In this document: one piece after another, positions 44,993-57,317 of the stretch | How the letters are laid out: each line of letters begins with the position of its first letter | How positions within the stretch are numbered: position 1 is the stretch's first letter | NCBI GenBank assembly: GCA_024644435.1 | Contig: JAHEKZ010000004.1 | Span: 2,605-66,604, forward strand | DNA from: Actinomycetes bacterium | GTDB lineage: Bacteria; Actinomycetota; Actinomycetes; JAHEKZ01 | Length of the DNA: 64,000 nt | Direction: 5' to 3' | Notes under the pieces: model-generated | Told to the model about the DNA's origin: nothing | What the model saw: only the letters and a program-made list of their open reading frames with translations | Databases searched by the model: none | Position numbers and translations under genes: made by a program

Positions 44993-45865
44993 TCAGCCCG
45001 TCACAACCCCGGCCTGCACCTCTGCCCGCTCGACGACGTTGGCGAGCAGCATGGCCCTGGTCATTGGCCCGGTGCCCCCCGGCATCGGCGCCAGGTGCCC
45101 TGCCACCTCGGACACCTCCGGTGCGACATCTCCCACCAGCCCGAGCTCGGTCCGCGTGATGCCGACATCGAGCACAGCAGCTCCAGGGCGGACGACGTCA
45201 GCGGTCACCAGACCTGGCACCCCGGCGGCCGCCACGATGATGTCGGCCCGGGCCAGGTGGTCACGGAGATCACGCGTACCGGTATGGCACAAGGTGACGG
45301 TGGCGTTCTCGCTGCGCCTGGTCAACAGGAGCCCCAGGGGACGCCCCACGGTCACTCCCCGGCCGACGACGACGACCTCGGCACCCGCAATGGGAACGTC
45401 GTACCGGCGCAACAGCTCGACGATGCCCCGTGGCGTACAGGGCAGCGGTGCCGCCTCACCCAGGACCAGACGTCCGAGGTTCATCGGGTGCAGCCCGTCG
45501 GCGTCCTTGTCGGGGTCCATCAGCGCCAGCACCCGGTGCGGGTCGAGGCCCTTCGGGAGGGGGAGCTGAACGATGTACCCGGTACAGGCGGGGTCGGCGT
45601 TCAGCTCGACGACGGCCGCCTCGACGTCGGCCTGGGACGCATCGTCGGGCAGGTCGCGTCGGATGCTGGCGATCCCCACCTCGGAGCAGTCTCGGTGCTT
45701 GCCCCCGACGTAGGAGTGGCTACCGGGATCGTCTCCGACCAGGATGGTGCCCAGCCCCGGTTGGATCCCCCGCTCCTTCAGAGCCGCGACGCGAGTCGCC
45801 AACTCCGCTTTGATCGTCGCCGCCGTTGCCTTGCCATCCAGAATTGTCGCTGCCACAGGCGTCAT
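44993..45865 (-). CDS. folD: Bifunctional methylenetetrahydrofolate dehydrogenase/cyclohydrolase.
   Basis: ILDGKA…[18 protein letters not shown]…GYIVQLPLP…. Confidence 0.9.
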   Translation of the reverse strand: MTPVAATILDGKATAATIKAELATRVAALKERGIQPGLGTILVGDDPGSHSYVGGKHRDCSEVGIASIRRDLPDDASQADVEAAVVELNADPACTGYIVQLPLPKGLDPHRVLALMDPDKDADGLHPMNLGRLVLGEAAPLPCTPRGIVELLRRYDVPIAGAEVVVVGRGVTVGRPLGLLLTRRSENATVTLCHTGTRDLRDHLARADIIVAAAGVPGLVTADVVRPGAAVLDVGITRTELGLVGDVAPEVSEVAGHLAPMPGGTGPMTRAMLLANVVERAEVQAGVVTG

Positions 45866-45869
45866 CCTG

Positions 45870-46823
45870 TCACGCCCGGTGGCCCCGTCGCCGCACGACC
45901 GCCAACCCGACCGAAGCGAAGGTCAGCGCGATCCCCGCCAGCAGATAGCCGTTGACCGCCGCCCCGTCCGTCGGAAGCACGAGGTCGACAGCGACTGCAC
46001 CGACCAACGTGCCGGCCAGAACCACCAACGAGAGGAGGAGGACACCGAGGGCGCGGACCGACCAGGCGGACCCGGCCACGAAGAGAACACCCATGGCGCC
46101 GCTCACGAGCAGCCATGGCTTGTCTGCCATCGGAGCGAGCGACCCCACCCGCTCTGGCGTGAACACCATCTGTCCCGCCAGGATCACCATCAGGGTGACC
46201 AGACCCACGACGAAGTTCACCAGGGTTGCCACCAGTGGTTGACGCGTGGCAGACGAGACCCGGCCGTTGACCGCGACCTGGGCTGCGCCGGCCGCGCCGG
46301 CGGCGAGCGCCAGCAGCAGGAAGGGGATCGAGACCGCGCCGGCCCCGTCCCGGCCGCCTGATCCAACCCAGACGGCGACCACGGCCAGCATCGAGGCGAC
46401 CACCCGCCAGGCCGTGACGGGGACGCGTCCGCCCGGCCCGAGCCCCACCTTGTCGACCAGCAGACCAGCGCCCGTGGAGCCGGCCACCGTGGCGACCGTG
46501 AAGAGCGCCACGCCGAGGACCGCGACCGTGGTGCTCTGCCCCGTGACGTAGATGGCGCCGCCGATGCCGCCGGTGAGGGTCCACCAGGGCAACCCGGAGC
46601 CACCGATCATGCCCGGCAGTCCCCGTAGCGCATCTCTGGTGGCCTGGCGCGAGCCGACGACGACGATCAGCAGCAGCAGACCCACCGTGAAGTTGAGGAT
46701 GGCGCCCAAGACCCCGTTGCCCGTGAGGTCGCCGACCTCACCGTTGATCCGGCCCTGAACGGCGACGACGAGGCCGGCGCCGAAGGCAACCGCGGCGGAG
46801 GCCCTGCGGCTGGACGCGCTCAC
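45870..46823 (-). CDS. DMT-superfamily transporter (two DUF606/YdcZ-like repeats).
   Basis: 317 aa with ~10 TM helices as two internal repeats. Confidence 0.55.
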   Translation of the reverse strand: MSASSRRASAAVAFGAGLVVAVQGRINGEVGDLTGNGVLGAILNFTVGLLLLIVVVGSRQATRDALRGLPGMIGGSGLPWWTLTGGIGGAIYVTGQSTTVAVLGVALFTVATVAGSTGAGLLVDKVGLGPGGRVPVTAWRVVASMLAVVAVWVGSGGRDGAGAVSIPFLLLALAAGAAGAAQVAVNGRVSSATRQPLVATLVNFVVGLVTLMVILAGQMVFTPERVGSLAPMADKPWLLVSGAMGVLFVAGSAWSVRALGVLLLSLVVLAGTLVGAVAVDLVLPTDGAAVNGYLLAGIALTFASVGLAVVRRRGHRA

Positions 46824-46947
46824 GGGCGAGGAGGGTTCGGCTCAGGAGTCACCGCGCGAGACTACGGGATCGGCACTGACGCACCGGCGCGTCTGCGGCT
46901 GTGCCGACCTGACGCCGCGCTGACACGTACCGCGTTACTGTCGGTCC

Positions 46948-47064
46948 ATGACCGAAGCCGTCGTCCAGTGCCCCATCTGCTCCCGCATCATGGCTGACGA
47001 GGAGGAGCTGCTGGCGCACTTCCGCGACGATCACCCAGGCGAAGAGCGGCCCGCTCGTTCCTGA
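46948..47064 (+). CDS. Small putative zinc-binding protein (38 aa, C2H2-like CxxC…HxxxxH).
   Basis: MTEAVVQCPICSRIMADEEELLAHFRDDHPGEERPARS. GC3 ~80%. Below the 60-aa track cutoff. No clear Shine–Dalgarno. Confidence 0.3.
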   Translation: MTEAVVQCPICSRIMADEEELLAHFRDDHPGEERPARS

Positions 47065-47067
47065 CCC

Positions 47068-48090
47068 CTACCCGGCCGGCTGCTGCTGCGTAATGCAGTG
47101 CACTGCGCCACCGTTGCGGAATATCGGTCGGGCGTCGACCATGGCGATTCCTCGCTCGGGAAAGAGCGCACGGAAGGTGTCCGCGGCGGCGGTGTCGGCA
47201 TCGGCATCACCGAAGACCGACATGACGATGCCGTCGTTGACGAATGAGAAGTTGATGTAGCTGTGGTCGATGGAGACCCCCTCGACCACGGTGTCCCCTG
47301 GGGCGTCAACCGTGATGATCTCGAGCTCTCTGCCATGGGAATCGCGGGCCGCCCGAAGACGTGACACGTTCTCGGTCATGACCTCGTGATCGTGGTGAGA
47401 GGGGTCAGGTTGCCCATGCACGACCACGACGCCGGGGCGGACGAACGCAGCCAAGACGTCGACGTGACCATTCGTCCCGACGTTCGGACGAAACTGCTGC
47501 ATGTCACCCATCAGCCCTCGTTCCAGCCAGATGACCGTGGTCGCCCCGATCGTCCTGGCCAGCTCTTCCTCCACCTGCGCCTTGTCCCAACCGGCGTTCC
47601 TCCGATCGTGCAGCTGCACGGTCTCGGTGACGATGACGGTGCCCTCACCGTCGACACAGATCCCTCCACCCTCGTTCACCATTCGACTAGCGACTGCCGG
47701 TACGGACGCCAGGTCGGCCACGGTGCGGCCGATCCGCGCATCCCGCTCGTGATCCTGGATGCCGCCCCATGCGTTGAATGTCCAGCTGACCGCGGCCAGC
47801 GAGCCGTCGCGGGTGTCTCGCACGAACGTCGGCCCGTTGTCGCGCAACCACCCGTCATCGAGATCTGCGGGAACGAGCTCTACTGGCCCCGTCGTCCGCT
47901 CACCGGCCCACGCCACGTCTGCTGGGTCGACCAGAAGTGAGACCGGCTCGAACGAAGCGACGGCGTTCGCGGTAGCGATCCACGCGTCGCGCGCCGAGGG
48001 GTCGTCACGGGCGATGAATCCACGGGGTGGTGGGAGCGCCATCCAGGTTCGGGCGTGGCGCTCCCACTCGGCCGGCATGAGGTAGGTCAT
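47068..48090 (-). CDS. aguA: Agmatine deiminase.
   Basis: N-terminal MPAEWERHARTWMALP and C-terminal catalytic cysteine GGAVHCITQQQP. Start at M90 of the 429-aa ORF. Confidence 0.8.
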   Translation of the reverse strand: MTYLMPAEWERHARTWMALPPPRGFIARDDPSARDAWIATANAVASFEPVSLLVDPADVAWAGERTTGPVELVPADLDDGWLRDNGPTFVRDTRDGSLAAVSWTFNAWGGIQDHERDARIGRTVADLASVPAVASRMVNEGGGICVDGEGTVIVTETVQLHDRRNAGWDKAQVEEELARTIGATTVIWLERGLMGDMQQFRPNVGTNGHVDVLAAFVRPGVVVVHGQPDPSHHDHEVMTENVSRLRAARDSHGRELEIITVDAPGDTVVEGVSIDHSYINFSFVNDGIVMSVFGDADADTAAADTFRALFPERGIAMVDARPIFRNGGAVHCITQQQPAG

Positions 48091-48168
48091 GCCGCGAGCG
48101 TAGGCCCCTGCTGGCCGGCAGGACCGTAGACCCTGTGCACGGCCGCCCCGACGGCGGATCCTGTAGGT

Positions 48169-48549
48169 ATGACGAGCACAGTGAGTTTCCATGACGAGCG
48201 CAGCAAGCAGGCGGAGCGGGCCCTGGCCGCCATCCCTCACGGGGGGCGGGACGCGATCACGCTGCGCGTGCACTGCGCCAAGAGCCACACCGTCGCGACG
48301 GTGTACGACACCAGCGAGGGGTTGGTCTACGCCGCCCCTGTGCGAGCCCGCAGCCACGGCAGCTACGACCTCCCCGACTCACCACACAGTGGCCACGAGA
48401 CGAAGCGGTGGTTCGACCTTCTGCACGTGAGCCCGACCGTCTCCGACGACGCCATGCCCGCATGGTGTGACTGTGGACAGCGCACGCTCTCCCGCGCAGA
48501 GGTACTGCAGTGGATCGCCGCAGGTGAGCACCGCGTGGTCATGGACTGA
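48169..48549 (+). CDS. Hypothetical protein, Cys/His-containing (126 aa).
   Basis: High GC3. Divergent from aguA. Contains …HCAKSH… and …WCDCGQ…. Confidence 0.45.
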   Translation: MTSTVSFHDERSKQAERALAAIPHGGRDAITLRVHCAKSHTVATVYDTSEGLVYAAPVRARSHGSYDLPDSPHSGHETKRWFDLLHVSPTVSDDAMPAWCDCGQRTLSRAEVLQWIAAGEHRVVMD

Positions 48550-48567
48550 CCCATCCGTGTGGCGAGG

Positions 48568-50136
48568 CTAGTGAAAGAAGTGCCGGGTATCGGTGAAATA
48601 CATCGTGATCCCGGCGGCCTCGGCAGCTGCCACCACCTCGTCGTCGCGCACCGAGCCCCCGGGCTGCACCACTGCACGCACCCCCGCGTCGATCAGCACC
48701 TGCAGTCCGTCTGCGAACGGGAAGAACGCGTCGGACGCCGCAACCGACCCGGCGGCGCGCTCGGCACCCGCTCGCATCACCGCCAACGTGGCACTGTCGA
48801 CACGGCTCACTTGCCCCATGCCGACGCCGACGCTTGCCCCGGCGTCAGCGAGCAAGATGGCATTCGACTTGACCGAGCGGCAGGCCCGCCACGCGAAGGC
48901 AAGGTCGCCGATCGTTGCCTCGTCTGCAGCCGTCCCGGCCGCCAGCGTCCACCGACGAGGGTCGTCGCCTTCGGCCTGCAGGGAGTCGCGCACCTGCATC
49001 AGCAGTCCGCCGCTGACCGGACGGGTCTCGATCGTCTCGCCGTCCGCCACCGGTGCGCACCGAAGCAGGCGAAGGTTCTTCTTGCGCAGCAGCAGGTCAA
49101 GCGCGTCGTCGTCGAAGCCAGGGGCGACCACGACCTCGGTGAACACCTCGCCGATCGCCTCGGCCATCGCCCGTGTCACCGGACGGTTGCTGGCCACCAC
49201 TCCTCCGAATGCCGACACCGGGTCGCAGTCGAAAGCCCTCTGGTAGGCGGCAGCTATGTCATCGCTGTGGTCTATGGCGATCCCGCAGGGGTTGGCGTGC
49301 TTGATGATGGCAACGCAGGCGTCCGCCTGGTCGTACGCTGCCCGTCTGGCGGCGTCGGCGTCGATGTAGTTGTTGTACGACATCTCCTTGCCGTGCAGCT
49401 GTTCGGCCTGGGCCAGCCCTTGCGCCCCGTCGTGACCGGCATAGATGGCCGCCCGCTGGTGCGGGTTCTCGCCGTAGCGCAGCACGGCGGCACGGTCCCA
49501 GGTGCCGCCCACCCACGAAGGAAACCCGCTTTCATCGGGGTCGGGTGCCACCACACTGCCCATCCACGAGGCCACCGCGACGTCGTAGGTGGCGGTATGC
49601 ACAAAGGCTTCGGCGGCCAGTGCTTGGCGCTGCTGCAGGGTGAAGCCCCCGGCCTGTGCGGCGTGCAGCACCTCGGGGTAGCGCTGCGGCGACACGACCA
49701 CGGCGACACTGGGGTGGTTCTTGGCGGCGGCCCGCACCATGGAGGGACCACCGATGTCGATCTGCTCGATGCACTCATCGGGGGCTGCGCCGGATGCCAC
49801 CGTCTGCGTGAACGGGTACAGGTTCACAATCACGAGATCGAACGGCTCGATGCCCAGATCGGCCAGCTGCTGTTCGTGGTCGGCCTTGCGCAGGTCGGCG
49901 AGGATTCCGGCGTGCACGCGAGGATGAAGCGTCTTCACCCGACCCTCGAGGCACTCCGGAAAGCCGGTGAGGTCCTCCACCTTCGTCACAGGCACGCCGG
50001 CATCGGCGATCCTTGACGCCGTTGAGCCGGTCGACACCAGGCTGACGCCTGCGTCATGCAGCCCCCGGGCCAGGTCTTCCAGCCCGGTCTTGTCATAGAC
50101 ACTCACGAGGGCTCGACGAATGGGGCGCTGTGTCAC
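48568..50136 (-). CDS. purH: Bifunctional AICAR transformylase / IMP cyclohydrolase.
   Basis: [12 protein letters not shown]…, the classic PurH N-terminus. 522 aa. Confidence 0.95.
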   Translation of the reverse strand: MTQRPIRRALVSVYDKTGLEDLARGLHDAGVSLVSTGSTASRIADAGVPVTKVEDLTGFPECLEGRVKTLHPRVHAGILADLRKADHEQQLADLGIEPFDLVIVNLYPFTQTVASGAAPDECIEQIDIGGPSMVRAAAKNHPSVAVVVSPQRYPEVLHAAQAGGFTLQQRQALAAEAFVHTATYDVAVASWMGSVVAPDPDESGFPSWVGGTWDRAAVLRYGENPHQRAAIYAGHDGAQGLAQAEQLHGKEMSYNNYIDADAARRAAYDQADACVAIIKHANPCGIAIDHSDDIAAAYQRAFDCDPVSAFGGVVASNRPVTRAMAEAIGEVFTEVVVAPGFDDDALDLLLRKKNLRLLRCAPVADGETIETRPVSGGLLMQVRDSLQAEGDDPRRWTLAAGTAADEATIGDLAFAWRACRSVKSNAILLADAGASVGVGMGQVSRVDSATLAVMRAGAERAAGSVAASDAFFPFADGLQVLIDAGVRAVVQPGGSVRDDEVVAAAEAAGITMYFTDTRHFFH

Positions 50137-50747
50137 GAGCGGACGACCTTTCTTCCTTCGATGCGGTAGGTGTCGGTGACGAGCTCGGCCACCGTCTGCA
50201 CGAGGATCTCTCGCTCGCGCTCCTTGATCCGTTCATGCAGTGTCGCTTCGTCGTCGTCATCGAGGACGGGCACTGATGCCTGCGCCACGATCGGCCCGGT
50301 GTCCACTCCCTCGTCGACCACGAAGATGGTGCAGCCAGTGATCTTGACGCCATAGGCCAAGGCATCGCGCGGGCCGTGAACCCCGGGGAACGCCGGGGAG
50401 AGCGCCGGATGGGTATTGATCACGCGATGCGGAAAGCGATCCAGGAAGGCTGCTCCCACCAGGCGCATGAAGCCGGCGAGAACCACGATGTCGGGCCGGT
50501 ACACGGCGGTCGACTCGGCCAGTGCGGCGTCCCACGTCGCCCGGTCGGGGTACTCATCAGGCGGGGCGACGAACGTCGGGATGTCGGCGGCCGACGCGCG
50601 GTCAAGGGCACCGATGCCGTACCGATCCGAGCCGACGGCCACCACAGCGGCCGGATACTCCACGGTCGAGCTGGCGTCGATGAGTGCCTGCAGGGTGGTA
50701 CCGCCTCCGGACGCCAGGACGACCACGCGCGCTCGAGCCACGATCAC
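50133..50747 (-). CDS. purN: Phosphoribosylglycinamide formyltransferase.
   Basis: [17 protein letters not shown]…. A GTG start overlaps the purH start region. Confidence 0.9.
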   Translation of the reverse strand: MIVARARVVVLASGGGTTLQALIDASSTVEYPAAVVAVGSDRYGIGALDRASAADIPTFVAPPDEYPDRATWDAALAESTAVYRPDIVVLAGFMRLVGAAFLDRFPHRVINTHPALSPAFPGVHGPRDALAYGVKITGCTIFVVDEGVDTGPIVAQASVPVLDDDDEATLHERIKEREREILVQTVAELVTDTYRIEGRKVVRS

Positions 50748-50765
50748 GCACCCTACTGGGGACGG

Positions 50766-52064
50766 CTACCTGGGGCGCAGCGCCGTCTTCACCCGACGCG
50801 ACACCTGGGCCGGTGTCAGCCCGACCCCACGCAGGTCGATCAGACGCGGCCGGCCCGCTGCACCCCGACGGTGCAGCTCCCAGGCCACCACGGCGGCGAC
50901 CACCGCCAGCTCCAGGCCGGCGACGAGACCGACTCGCCACCCGACCGGGCCGAGAGCCCCGAGCGCCTCACTGCCAACGGACCCTGCGCTCAGCCAGCAC
51001 GCCAGCCCGAGCGCGCCGCCCCCCAGGGCACCAGACGCTGCTGCCCGCCAGGCGAGCTGCTCGACCGGCATCTCCGGCTGACGCCGGTACATGACCGCCG
51101 CCACGGCGTAGCCCCCCAGCAACGGCGCCGCCAGCGCGACGAAGGCCCAGATCCCCGGGTCACCCTGGGGTGGAAGTGCAGCCAGCGGGGGGAACACCGG
51201 GAGAGCGCCGTACTCGACGCCCTGCGGAGAGACCAGACCCTCCGCGCCCAACGGGAACCCGAGACCGACCGTGAAAGAGGCTGTCCACAGGATCAGGTTG
51301 GGGACGAAGGCGACGGTCAGCAGGACCAACACGGGAACTCCGGCCCATCCGGCGTCCAGCACCCGGTACATCTCAGCCGCATCGGGGAACCCGATCCCGA
51401 GCGCGACGGTCGTGAGGACTCCGCTGACCAGCACGACGGTGCAGAGCCCGGCCACCGAGGACGCCACCAGGTCGCGTACCGATGTGGGGACGACACTTAT
51501 CGCCGTCCGCAGCTGGTCGGACGCGTGCAGGAGCCCGAGGCCACCGCCGACCGCTGCGATCGCCGTGGCGGCGAAGAACGCCGTGCGAGGAGCCGGCTGC
51601 ACCACCTCGGAGCGAACGACGCCGGCCGCGATGGCCGCGAGGACGCCGTAGACCAGGGCGTAGGGGACGACCGCCCTGGTCACGTCGGTCAACGACTGGG
51701 GACGAGCAACCCTGGCCACCTGACGCCCACCGGCATAGGCCAGCAAGCCCGGCAGGATGACCAGCCCGAGCGGCACCAACCCCAGCGAGACCGTGCCGAT
51801 CTCGAGGGGGACGTGCTGGCTGTAGAGCCACAGTCCGATCGCCACCCGGGCCGCGGTGTCCGGTCCGGTGTCTGCGGCGTGTGGCGCGAGCGCCCACGAT
51901 CCGAGCGTCACGATCAGCGCCAGCGCGATGCCGATCAACGCCACGAGGGCGGCCGCCAGAGCGGCAGCCAGTGCCATGTTCACCGGGTCCTGGTTCGGCC
52001 CGCTCGCCCGGGAAGGGCGCGGTGACGAACGGGGGCGCCGTGGACTGGTCGACATCACCGCCAT
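50766..52064 (-). CDS. Polytopic integral membrane protein (PerM/DUF6350-like), upstream of purN.
   Basis: ~12 TM helices. Position upstream of purN–purH as in mycobacteria (Rv0955). The start is uncertain (M15, M18 or M44). Confidence 0.55.
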   Translation of the reverse strand: MAVMSTSPRRPRSSPRPSRASGPNQDPVNMALAAALAAALVALIGIALALIVTLGSWALAPHAADTGPDTAARVAIGLWLYSQHVPLEIGTVSLGLVPLGLVILPGLLAYAGGRQVARVARPQSLTDVTRAVVPYALVYGVLAAIAAGVVRSEVVQPAPRTAFFAATAIAAVGGGLGLLHASDQLRTAISVVPTSVRDLVASSVAGLCTVVLVSGVLTTVALGIGFPDAAEMYRVLDAGWAGVPVLVLLTVAFVPNLILWTASFTVGLGFPLGAEGLVSPQGVEYGALPVFPPLAALPPQGDPGIWAFVALAAPLLGGYAVAAVMYRRQPEMPVEQLAWRAAASGALGGGALGLACWLSAGSVGSEALGALGPVGWRVGLVAGLELAVVAAVVAWELHRRGAAGRPRLIDLRGVGLTPAQVSRRVKTALRPR

Positions 52065-52136
52065 CGTCGCAAGTCGGCGGCTCCATGCGCCGGAGGCGCG
52101 CCACACCCTGCCCGCCGAGTGCGCAGGCGCGGGTCG

Positions 52137-53024
52137 TCAGGAACGGGTGCGGAGGACCTCGCGCATGAGGTCGGCGGTCGCGCTGGGGGTCTTGCCCACC
52201 TGGACGCCGGCCGCCTCGAGTGCCTCAGCCTTCGCCGCTGCCGTGCCGGACGACCCAGACACGATCGCCCCAGCGTGCCCCATCGTCTTGCCCTCAGGAG
52301 CGGTGAAACCGGCGACATACCCCACCACCGGCTTGGTCACGTTCGCGGCGATGTAGGCGGCCGCGCGCTCCTCGGCGTCGCCACCGATCTCGCCGATCAT
52401 CACGATCGCCTCGGTGTCAGGGTCGGCCTCGAACGCCGCGAGCGCGTCGATGTGAGTCGTTCCTATGACGGGGTCTCCCCCGATGCCGATCCCGGTCGAG
52501 AACCCGAAATCACGCAGCTCGTACATCATCTGGTACGTCAGCGTGCCGCTCTTGCTCACCAGTCCGATCGGTCCTGGGCCGGTGATGTCAGCTGGGATGA
52601 TCCCCGCATTCGACTGTCCAGGGCTGATGATTCCTGGGCAGTTCGGGCCGATGATGCGGGTGGATCCGGCATTCTGCGCGTATTGGAAGAACTGTGCCGT
52701 GTCGCCGACCGGGATGCCCTCGGTGATGACGACACATAGCGGAACTGCGGCATCGACTGTCTCGACCACGGCTGCCTTCGCGAAGCGTGGCGGGACAAAG
52801 ACCACCGACACGTCAGCCCCGGTGGCATCGACCGCCTCCGACACGGACCCGAAGACGGGAATGTCGCCATTGCCGCCATCGACGGTCTGGCCGCCCTTGC
52901 CCGGGGTGACCCCGGCAACGACCGATGCGCCGGACGCCACCATGCGCCGGGTGTGCTTGGTGCCCTCAGAACCGGTGATCCCTTGAACAAGGATGCGGCT
53001 GTTGGAGTTGAGCCAGACCGACAT
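52137..53024 (-). CDS. sucD: Succinyl-CoA synthetase alpha subunit.
   Basis: [12 protein letters not shown]…, with a His-containing phosphorylation loop. Confidence 0.95.
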   Translation of the reverse strand: MSVWLNSNSRILVQGITGSEGTKHTRRMVASGASVVAGVTPGKGGQTVDGGNGDIPVFGSVSEAVDATGADVSVVFVPPRFAKAAVVETVDAAVPLCVVITEGIPVGDTAQFFQYAQNAGSTRIIGPNCPGIISPGQSNAGIIPADITGPGPIGLVSKSGTLTYQMMYELRDFGFSTGIGIGGDPVIGTTHIDALAAFEADPDTEAIVMIGEIGGDAEERAAAYIAANVTKPVVGYVAGFTAPEGKTMGHAGAIVSGSSGTAAAKAEALEAAGVQVGKTPSATADLMREVLRTRS

Positions 53025-53033
53025 GTGATCCCC

Positions 53034-54209
53034 CTACTTCGCAGCCGCGAGCTCGGCGACGCGGCGGGCTGCCGCATCCATCGTGTCAACGAGCTCGACG
53101 ACGTCGTGCTCGGCCTCGTCCAAGATGCGTCGGCCCTCTGCAGCATTGTTGCCATCGAGGCGACAGACAATCGGCAGGTCGACGACGTCACCCCGCTCCG
53201 CGAGCATCGTGAAAGCCTGGACGATGCCGTTGGCCACCGCATCGCACGAGGTAATGCCGCCGAAGACGTTCACGAACACCGCCTTCACCTGGGGGTCGCT
53301 GAGAATGATCTCGAGGCCGTTGGCCATGACTTCGGCCGATGCCCCACCACCGATGTCGAGGAAGTTGGCCGGCTTGACGCCACCGAACTCCTCACCGGCG
53401 TAGGCAACGACGTCCAGCGTGCTCATGACCAGGCCGGCGCCGTTGCCGATGATGCCGACCGAGCCGTCGAGCTTGACGTAGTTGAGGTCCTTGGCCTTGG
53501 CCGCGGCCTCGAGCGGGTCAGCCTCGTCCTGGACGGCGTACTCGGCATGGTCTGAGTGGCGGAACTCGGCGTTCTCGTCGAGGGTCACCTTGCCGTCCAG
53601 CGCCAAGATCTGGCCGTCTGGCGTCTTGACCAGCGGGTTGACCTCCACGAGCGTGGCGTCCTCGTCGACAAGCACGCGCCACAGGTGCTGCAGGACGTCG
53701 GCCACCTGATCGGCGACATCGGCCGGGAACTTCGCCTCGGCAACGATCGCCCTCGCCTTGGCCTCGTCGACTCCGGCAAGAGCATCGATGGGAACCTTCG
53801 CCAAGGCCTCGGGTTTGGTGCGAGCCACCTCTTCGATGTCAATGCCGCCCTCGACGCTCGCCATCGCCAAGTAGGTGCGATTGGCACGATCGAGCAGGAA
53901 CGAGACGTAGTACTCGGTCTCGATGTCGGCAGCCGGGGTGATCAGCAGGCGCCGAACGACGTGGCCCTTGATGTCCAGGCCCAAGATGTCGGCAGCCTTG
54001 GCCTCGGCGTCGTCAGCTGAGTCGGCGAGCTTGACGCCGCCGGCCTTTCCGCGCCCACCCGTCTTCACCTGAGCCTTGACAACCACCATGCCGCCGTACT
54101 CCTCGGCCGCGCTTCTGGCTTCACCCGCCGTCAGGGCAACAGCGCCGGGAGTCACGGGCACGCCGTGCTTGGCAAACAGCTCTTTGGCTTGGTACTCGAA
54201 CAGGTCCAC
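53034..54209 (-). CDS. sucC: Succinyl-CoA synthetase beta subunit.
   Basis: GTG at 54209 ([12 protein letters not shown]…) preceded by aaggtgagg. ATP-grasp domain. Confidence 0.95.
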   Translation of the reverse strand: MDLFEYQAKELFAKHGVPVTPGAVALTAGEARSAAEEYGGMVVVKAQVKTGGRGKAGGVKLADSADDAEAKAADILGLDIKGHVVRRLLITPAADIETEYYVSFLLDRANRTYLAMASVEGGIDIEEVARTKPEALAKVPIDALAGVDEAKARAIVAEAKFPADVADQVADVLQHLWRVLVDEDATLVEVNPLVKTPDGQILALDGKVTLDENAEFRHSDHAEYAVQDEADPLEAAAKAKDLNYVKLDGSVGIIGNGAGLVMSTLDVVAYAGEEFGGVKPANFLDIGGGASAEVMANGLEIILSDPQVKAVFVNVFGGITSCDAVANGIVQAFTMLAERGDVVDLPIVCRLDGNNAAEGRRILDEAEHDVVELVDTMDAAARRVAELAAAK

Positions 54210-54346
54210 GCGGGGCCTCACCTTCGACTCGGGCACGTCCAGGCCGCCCACCACGAGCAGGTCCCGGCGACCGCCTTCCGATGACGGCGAGCCTAGTGCG
54301 AACCTGGCGCCGCCTGTTCGCGGGGCTACTCGACGCGGTGAGGCGA

Positions 54347-55132
54347 CTAGGCCGTGTCAGGGAACGAACCGAAGAAGAACATCGCACCTGTGGGGTCAGT
54401 CGCGCCGGCGAACTTTCCTGGGCCCATCTCCATCGGTGGCATGAAGAGCTCTCCGCCGAGGCCGGACACAGCGGCCGCGCTGGCTTCGCAGTCTCCGACC
54501 GCGAAGTAGACGACCCACATGCTGGGCGCTTCGGGCGGCACGCCATCAGGCATGTGCATGGCGCCGCAGTTGGTGGTGTCGCCGGGCTTGCCCTCGACGT
54601 GCGCGACGTAGTAGTCCATGTCGATCGGCTGCCGTTCCCATCGCCAGCCGAACACCTCGGACAGGAACGGCATCGCCGCACCGAGGTCGCGCGACTGCAG
54701 CTCGTTCCAGGTCAGTGCCCCCGGCGCGTTGAAGACGTCAGCGCCCTGGTGCTCGTTCGGCTGCCAGGCTCCCACCACGGCACCGTCGGGGCCGGCGACC
54801 ATCACCATGCGCCCGGACTCCATGACGTCCATGGCGGGCACGACGACCGACCCTCCAGCCGCCACGGCCACCGCCGCGGTCGCGTCCGCATCCTCGACGA
54901 ACACATACGAGTTCCACATGCACGGAGCACCGGCCGCCGTCAGGTCACCTGGCTGCGGCCCCATCCCCGACACCATCTGCCCATCGAGGTAGCACAGCGT
55001 GTAGTCGACGCCCATGGGCGTCGGCAGGTCTTCATAGGTCCAGCCGAAGAAGCCGGAGTAGAACTCTTTGGCCGCCGCGACGTCAGTCGTCTGCAGGTCG
55101 ACCCATCCGAAGGTTCCGTGAGTCAGTCGCAT
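54347..55132 (-). CDS. VOC-family protein with two tandem glyoxalase-fold domains.
   Basis: Two repeats of the glyoxalase/bleomycin-resistance fold. 261 aa. Confidence 0.7.
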   Translation of the reverse strand: MRLTHGTFGWVDLQTTDVAAAKEFYSGFFGWTYEDLPTPMGVDYTLCYLDGQMVSGMGPQPGDLTAAGAPCMWNSYVFVEDADATAAVAVAAGGSVVVPAMDVMESGRMVMVAGPDGAVVGAWQPNEHQGADVFNAPGALTWNELQSRDLGAAMPFLSEVFGWRWERQPIDMDYYVAHVEGKPGDTTNCGAMHMPDGVPPEAPSMWVVYFAVGDCEASAAAVSGLGGELFMPPMEMGPGKFAGATDPTGAMFFFGSFPDTA

Positions 55133-55256
55133 GATTCGACGCTAGTCCGAGACAGCGTCGCGCAACACCCCCGCGTGGCACAGACTCGCTCACTAGACTG
55201 ACTCGCGAACCAGCACACGACCGCGCTCTGCGCGCGCCACCACCGCGAGGAGACCC

Positions 55257-57317
55257 GTGGACCCCCGGCACGCCGTTCTGTTCGAGCCGATCCAGATCGG
55301 CCCCAAGACACTGCCGAACCGCTTCTACCAGGTGCCACATGCCTCGGGGTTCGGCGTGGAGAAGCCCCACACGCAGGCGGCCTTCCGCGCGATCAAGGCC
55401 GAGGGTGGATGGGGTGGGGTCTGCGTCGACTACACGTCCATCTCGCTGGAGGCCGAAGAGGCGCCGGCGGTGTCAGCTCTCTTCTGGGACGAGGCCGATG
55501 CACGGGCGCTCGGGATCACCGCCGAAGCGGTTCACTCGCATGGCGGGCTCGCCGGCATCGAGCTCTTCCACGGCGGTGCCCACAGTGAGAACGGCCAGTC
55601 GCGGGCCATCCGCGTCGCCCCGACACAGCACCGGTCACACCCCATCTGGGGCGGTCTGGCCAAAGAGATGGATGCAGGCGACATCTCCCGCATCCAGCGC
55701 GAGTGGGTAGAGGCTGCGGTGCGGGCACGCGACGTCGGTTTCGACATCATCTACGTGTACGGGGCGCACGGCTACCTGCTCTCACAGTTCTTCTCGACGT
55801 ACCTGAACCAGCGCACTGACCAGTACGGAGGATCGCTCGAGAACCGGGGCCGCTTCTGGATCGAGACCCTCGAAGCAGTGCGCGACGCGGTGGGTGCCGA
55901 CTGTGCCGTCGCCACCAGGATCCCGGTCAACGGGCGCGACGGCCTACCCGGCATCGAGACCGACGACATGCTGCAGCTGATCAGCGATGCCTCTCCGCTG
56001 GTCGATCTCTTCGACGTCAATGTCGGTGTCTGGCCCGAAGACTCCGGCACGTCTCGGTACTACCCCGAAGGGCACGAACGACAGTGGACCGACCAGGTTC
56101 GTGAGGCCACCGACAAGCCGATCGTCGGTGTCGGCCGGTACACGTCGGCAGACCTGATGGCCGAGATCGTCCGCACCCGCGCACTCGACATCATCGGCGC
56201 AGCGCGCCCGGCAATCGCCGACCCGTTCCTTCCCACGAAGATCCGCGAGGGACGGCTCGATGAGATCCGCGAGTGCACCGGGTCCAACGTCTGCATCGCT
56301 CGCGAAGAGACGTACAACCACGTCGCGTGCATCCAGAACGCCACTGCCGGAGAGGAGTACCGGCGAGGTTGGCACCCCGAGCTCTTCACCCAAGCCGCCA
56401 ACGCCGATCGTGCAGTCCTCGTCATCGGCGCCGGACCAGCGGGCATGGAGTGCGCGGTCATATTGGGTAAGCGCGGCTTCGAGGCGGTGCACCTGGTCGA
56501 TGCGGCTCCCGAGGTCGGCGGCCGTCTGCGCTGGGCACGCATGCTCCCCACGTTGGGCGACTGGGGACGGATCACTGACTACCGTGCGATCCAGCTCGAC
56601 AAGCTCGACAATGTCGAGTTCATTCCCGGACGTCGGTTCACCGCAGCCGACGTGCTCGAGTACGGGGCACAGATCGTCATCGTGGCGACCGGGTCCTCCT
56701 GGCGCGGCGACGGGGTTCAGCCTGAGCATGACGACATCGAGGGTGCTGACGCGGCGCTGCCGCACGTGATGACGCCTGAGCAGGTCATGCTCGACGGCAA
56801 GCGCCCAACACCGGGGTCGGTCGTGGTCTACGACGCCGATGGCTACTACGTCGGTGTCGGCGTCGCTGAGCAGCTTGCTCGTGAGGGGTACGACACTCAT
56901 CTCGTGACACCGTTCGGGGTGGTTTCGCCCCAGTCCGACGCGTCGCTCGAAGGCGACTTCCTCCGTCAGCACCTGCATACCCAAGGAGTGACACCCCACC
57001 GCGGCGTCACCTTGTCTCAGGTGGGCGCGGCCGGTGTCAGTGGGGCCAACGAGTTCGGCGAGCCATGGTCGCTGCCCTGCACCGGAGCCGTCCTCGTAAC
57101 CCAACAGCAGTCACACAACGGGCTCTACCACGAGCTGCTCGGCGACCCGGCCGCGCTCGAGGCCGCAGGGATCGAGGCGGTCTATGCGATCGGCGACGCC
57201 GTAGCACCGCGACCCATCAGCGAGGCGGTCTTCGACGGCCATCGACTCGCGCGCGAGATCGACAGCGACGACCCGATGCGTCCCACTCCCTACCAACGCG
57301 AGCGGATCGCCCTCTAG
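55257..57317 (+). CDS. NADH:flavin oxidoreductase of the old-yellow-enzyme / 2,4-dienoyl-CoA-reductase / amine-dehydrogenase family.
   Basis: N-terminal OYE TIM barrel, a C-x2-C-x3-C 4Fe-4S motif ([12 protein letters not shown]), and a C-terminal FAD/NAD(P)-binding domain ([14 protein letters not shown]). 686 aa. GTG with a gaggag Shine–Dalgarno. Confidence 0.85.
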   Translation: MDPRHAVLFEPIQIGPKTLPNRFYQVPHASGFGVEKPHTQAAFRAIKAEGGWGGVCVDYTSISLEAEEAPAVSALFWDEADARALGITAEAVHSHGGLAGIELFHGGAHSENGQSRAIRVAPTQHRSHPIWGGLAKEMDAGDISRIQREWVEAAVRARDVGFDIIYVYGAHGYLLSQFFSTYLNQRTDQYGGSLENRGRFWIETLEAVRDAVGADCAVATRIPVNGRDGLPGIETDDMLQLISDASPLVDLFDVNVGVWPEDSGTSRYYPEGHERQWTDQVREATDKPIVGVGRYTSADLMAEIVRTRALDIIGAARPAIADPFLPTKIREGRLDEIRECTGSNVCIAREETYNHVACIQNATAGEEYRRGWHPELFTQAANADRAVLVIGAGPAGMECAVILGKRGFEAVHLVDAAPEVGGRLRWARMLPTLGDWGRITDYRAIQLDKLDNVEFIPGRRFTAADVLEYGAQIVIVATGSSWRGDGVQPEHDDIEGADAALPHVMTPEQVMLDGKRPTPGSVVVYDADGYYVGVGVAEQLAREGYDTHLVTPFGVVSPQSDASLEGDFLRQHLHTQGVTPHRGVTLSQVGAAGVSGANEFGEPWSLPCTGAVLVTQQQSHNGLYHELLGDPAALEAAGIEAVYAIGDAVAPRPISEAVFDGHRLAREIDSDDPMRPTPYQRERIAL

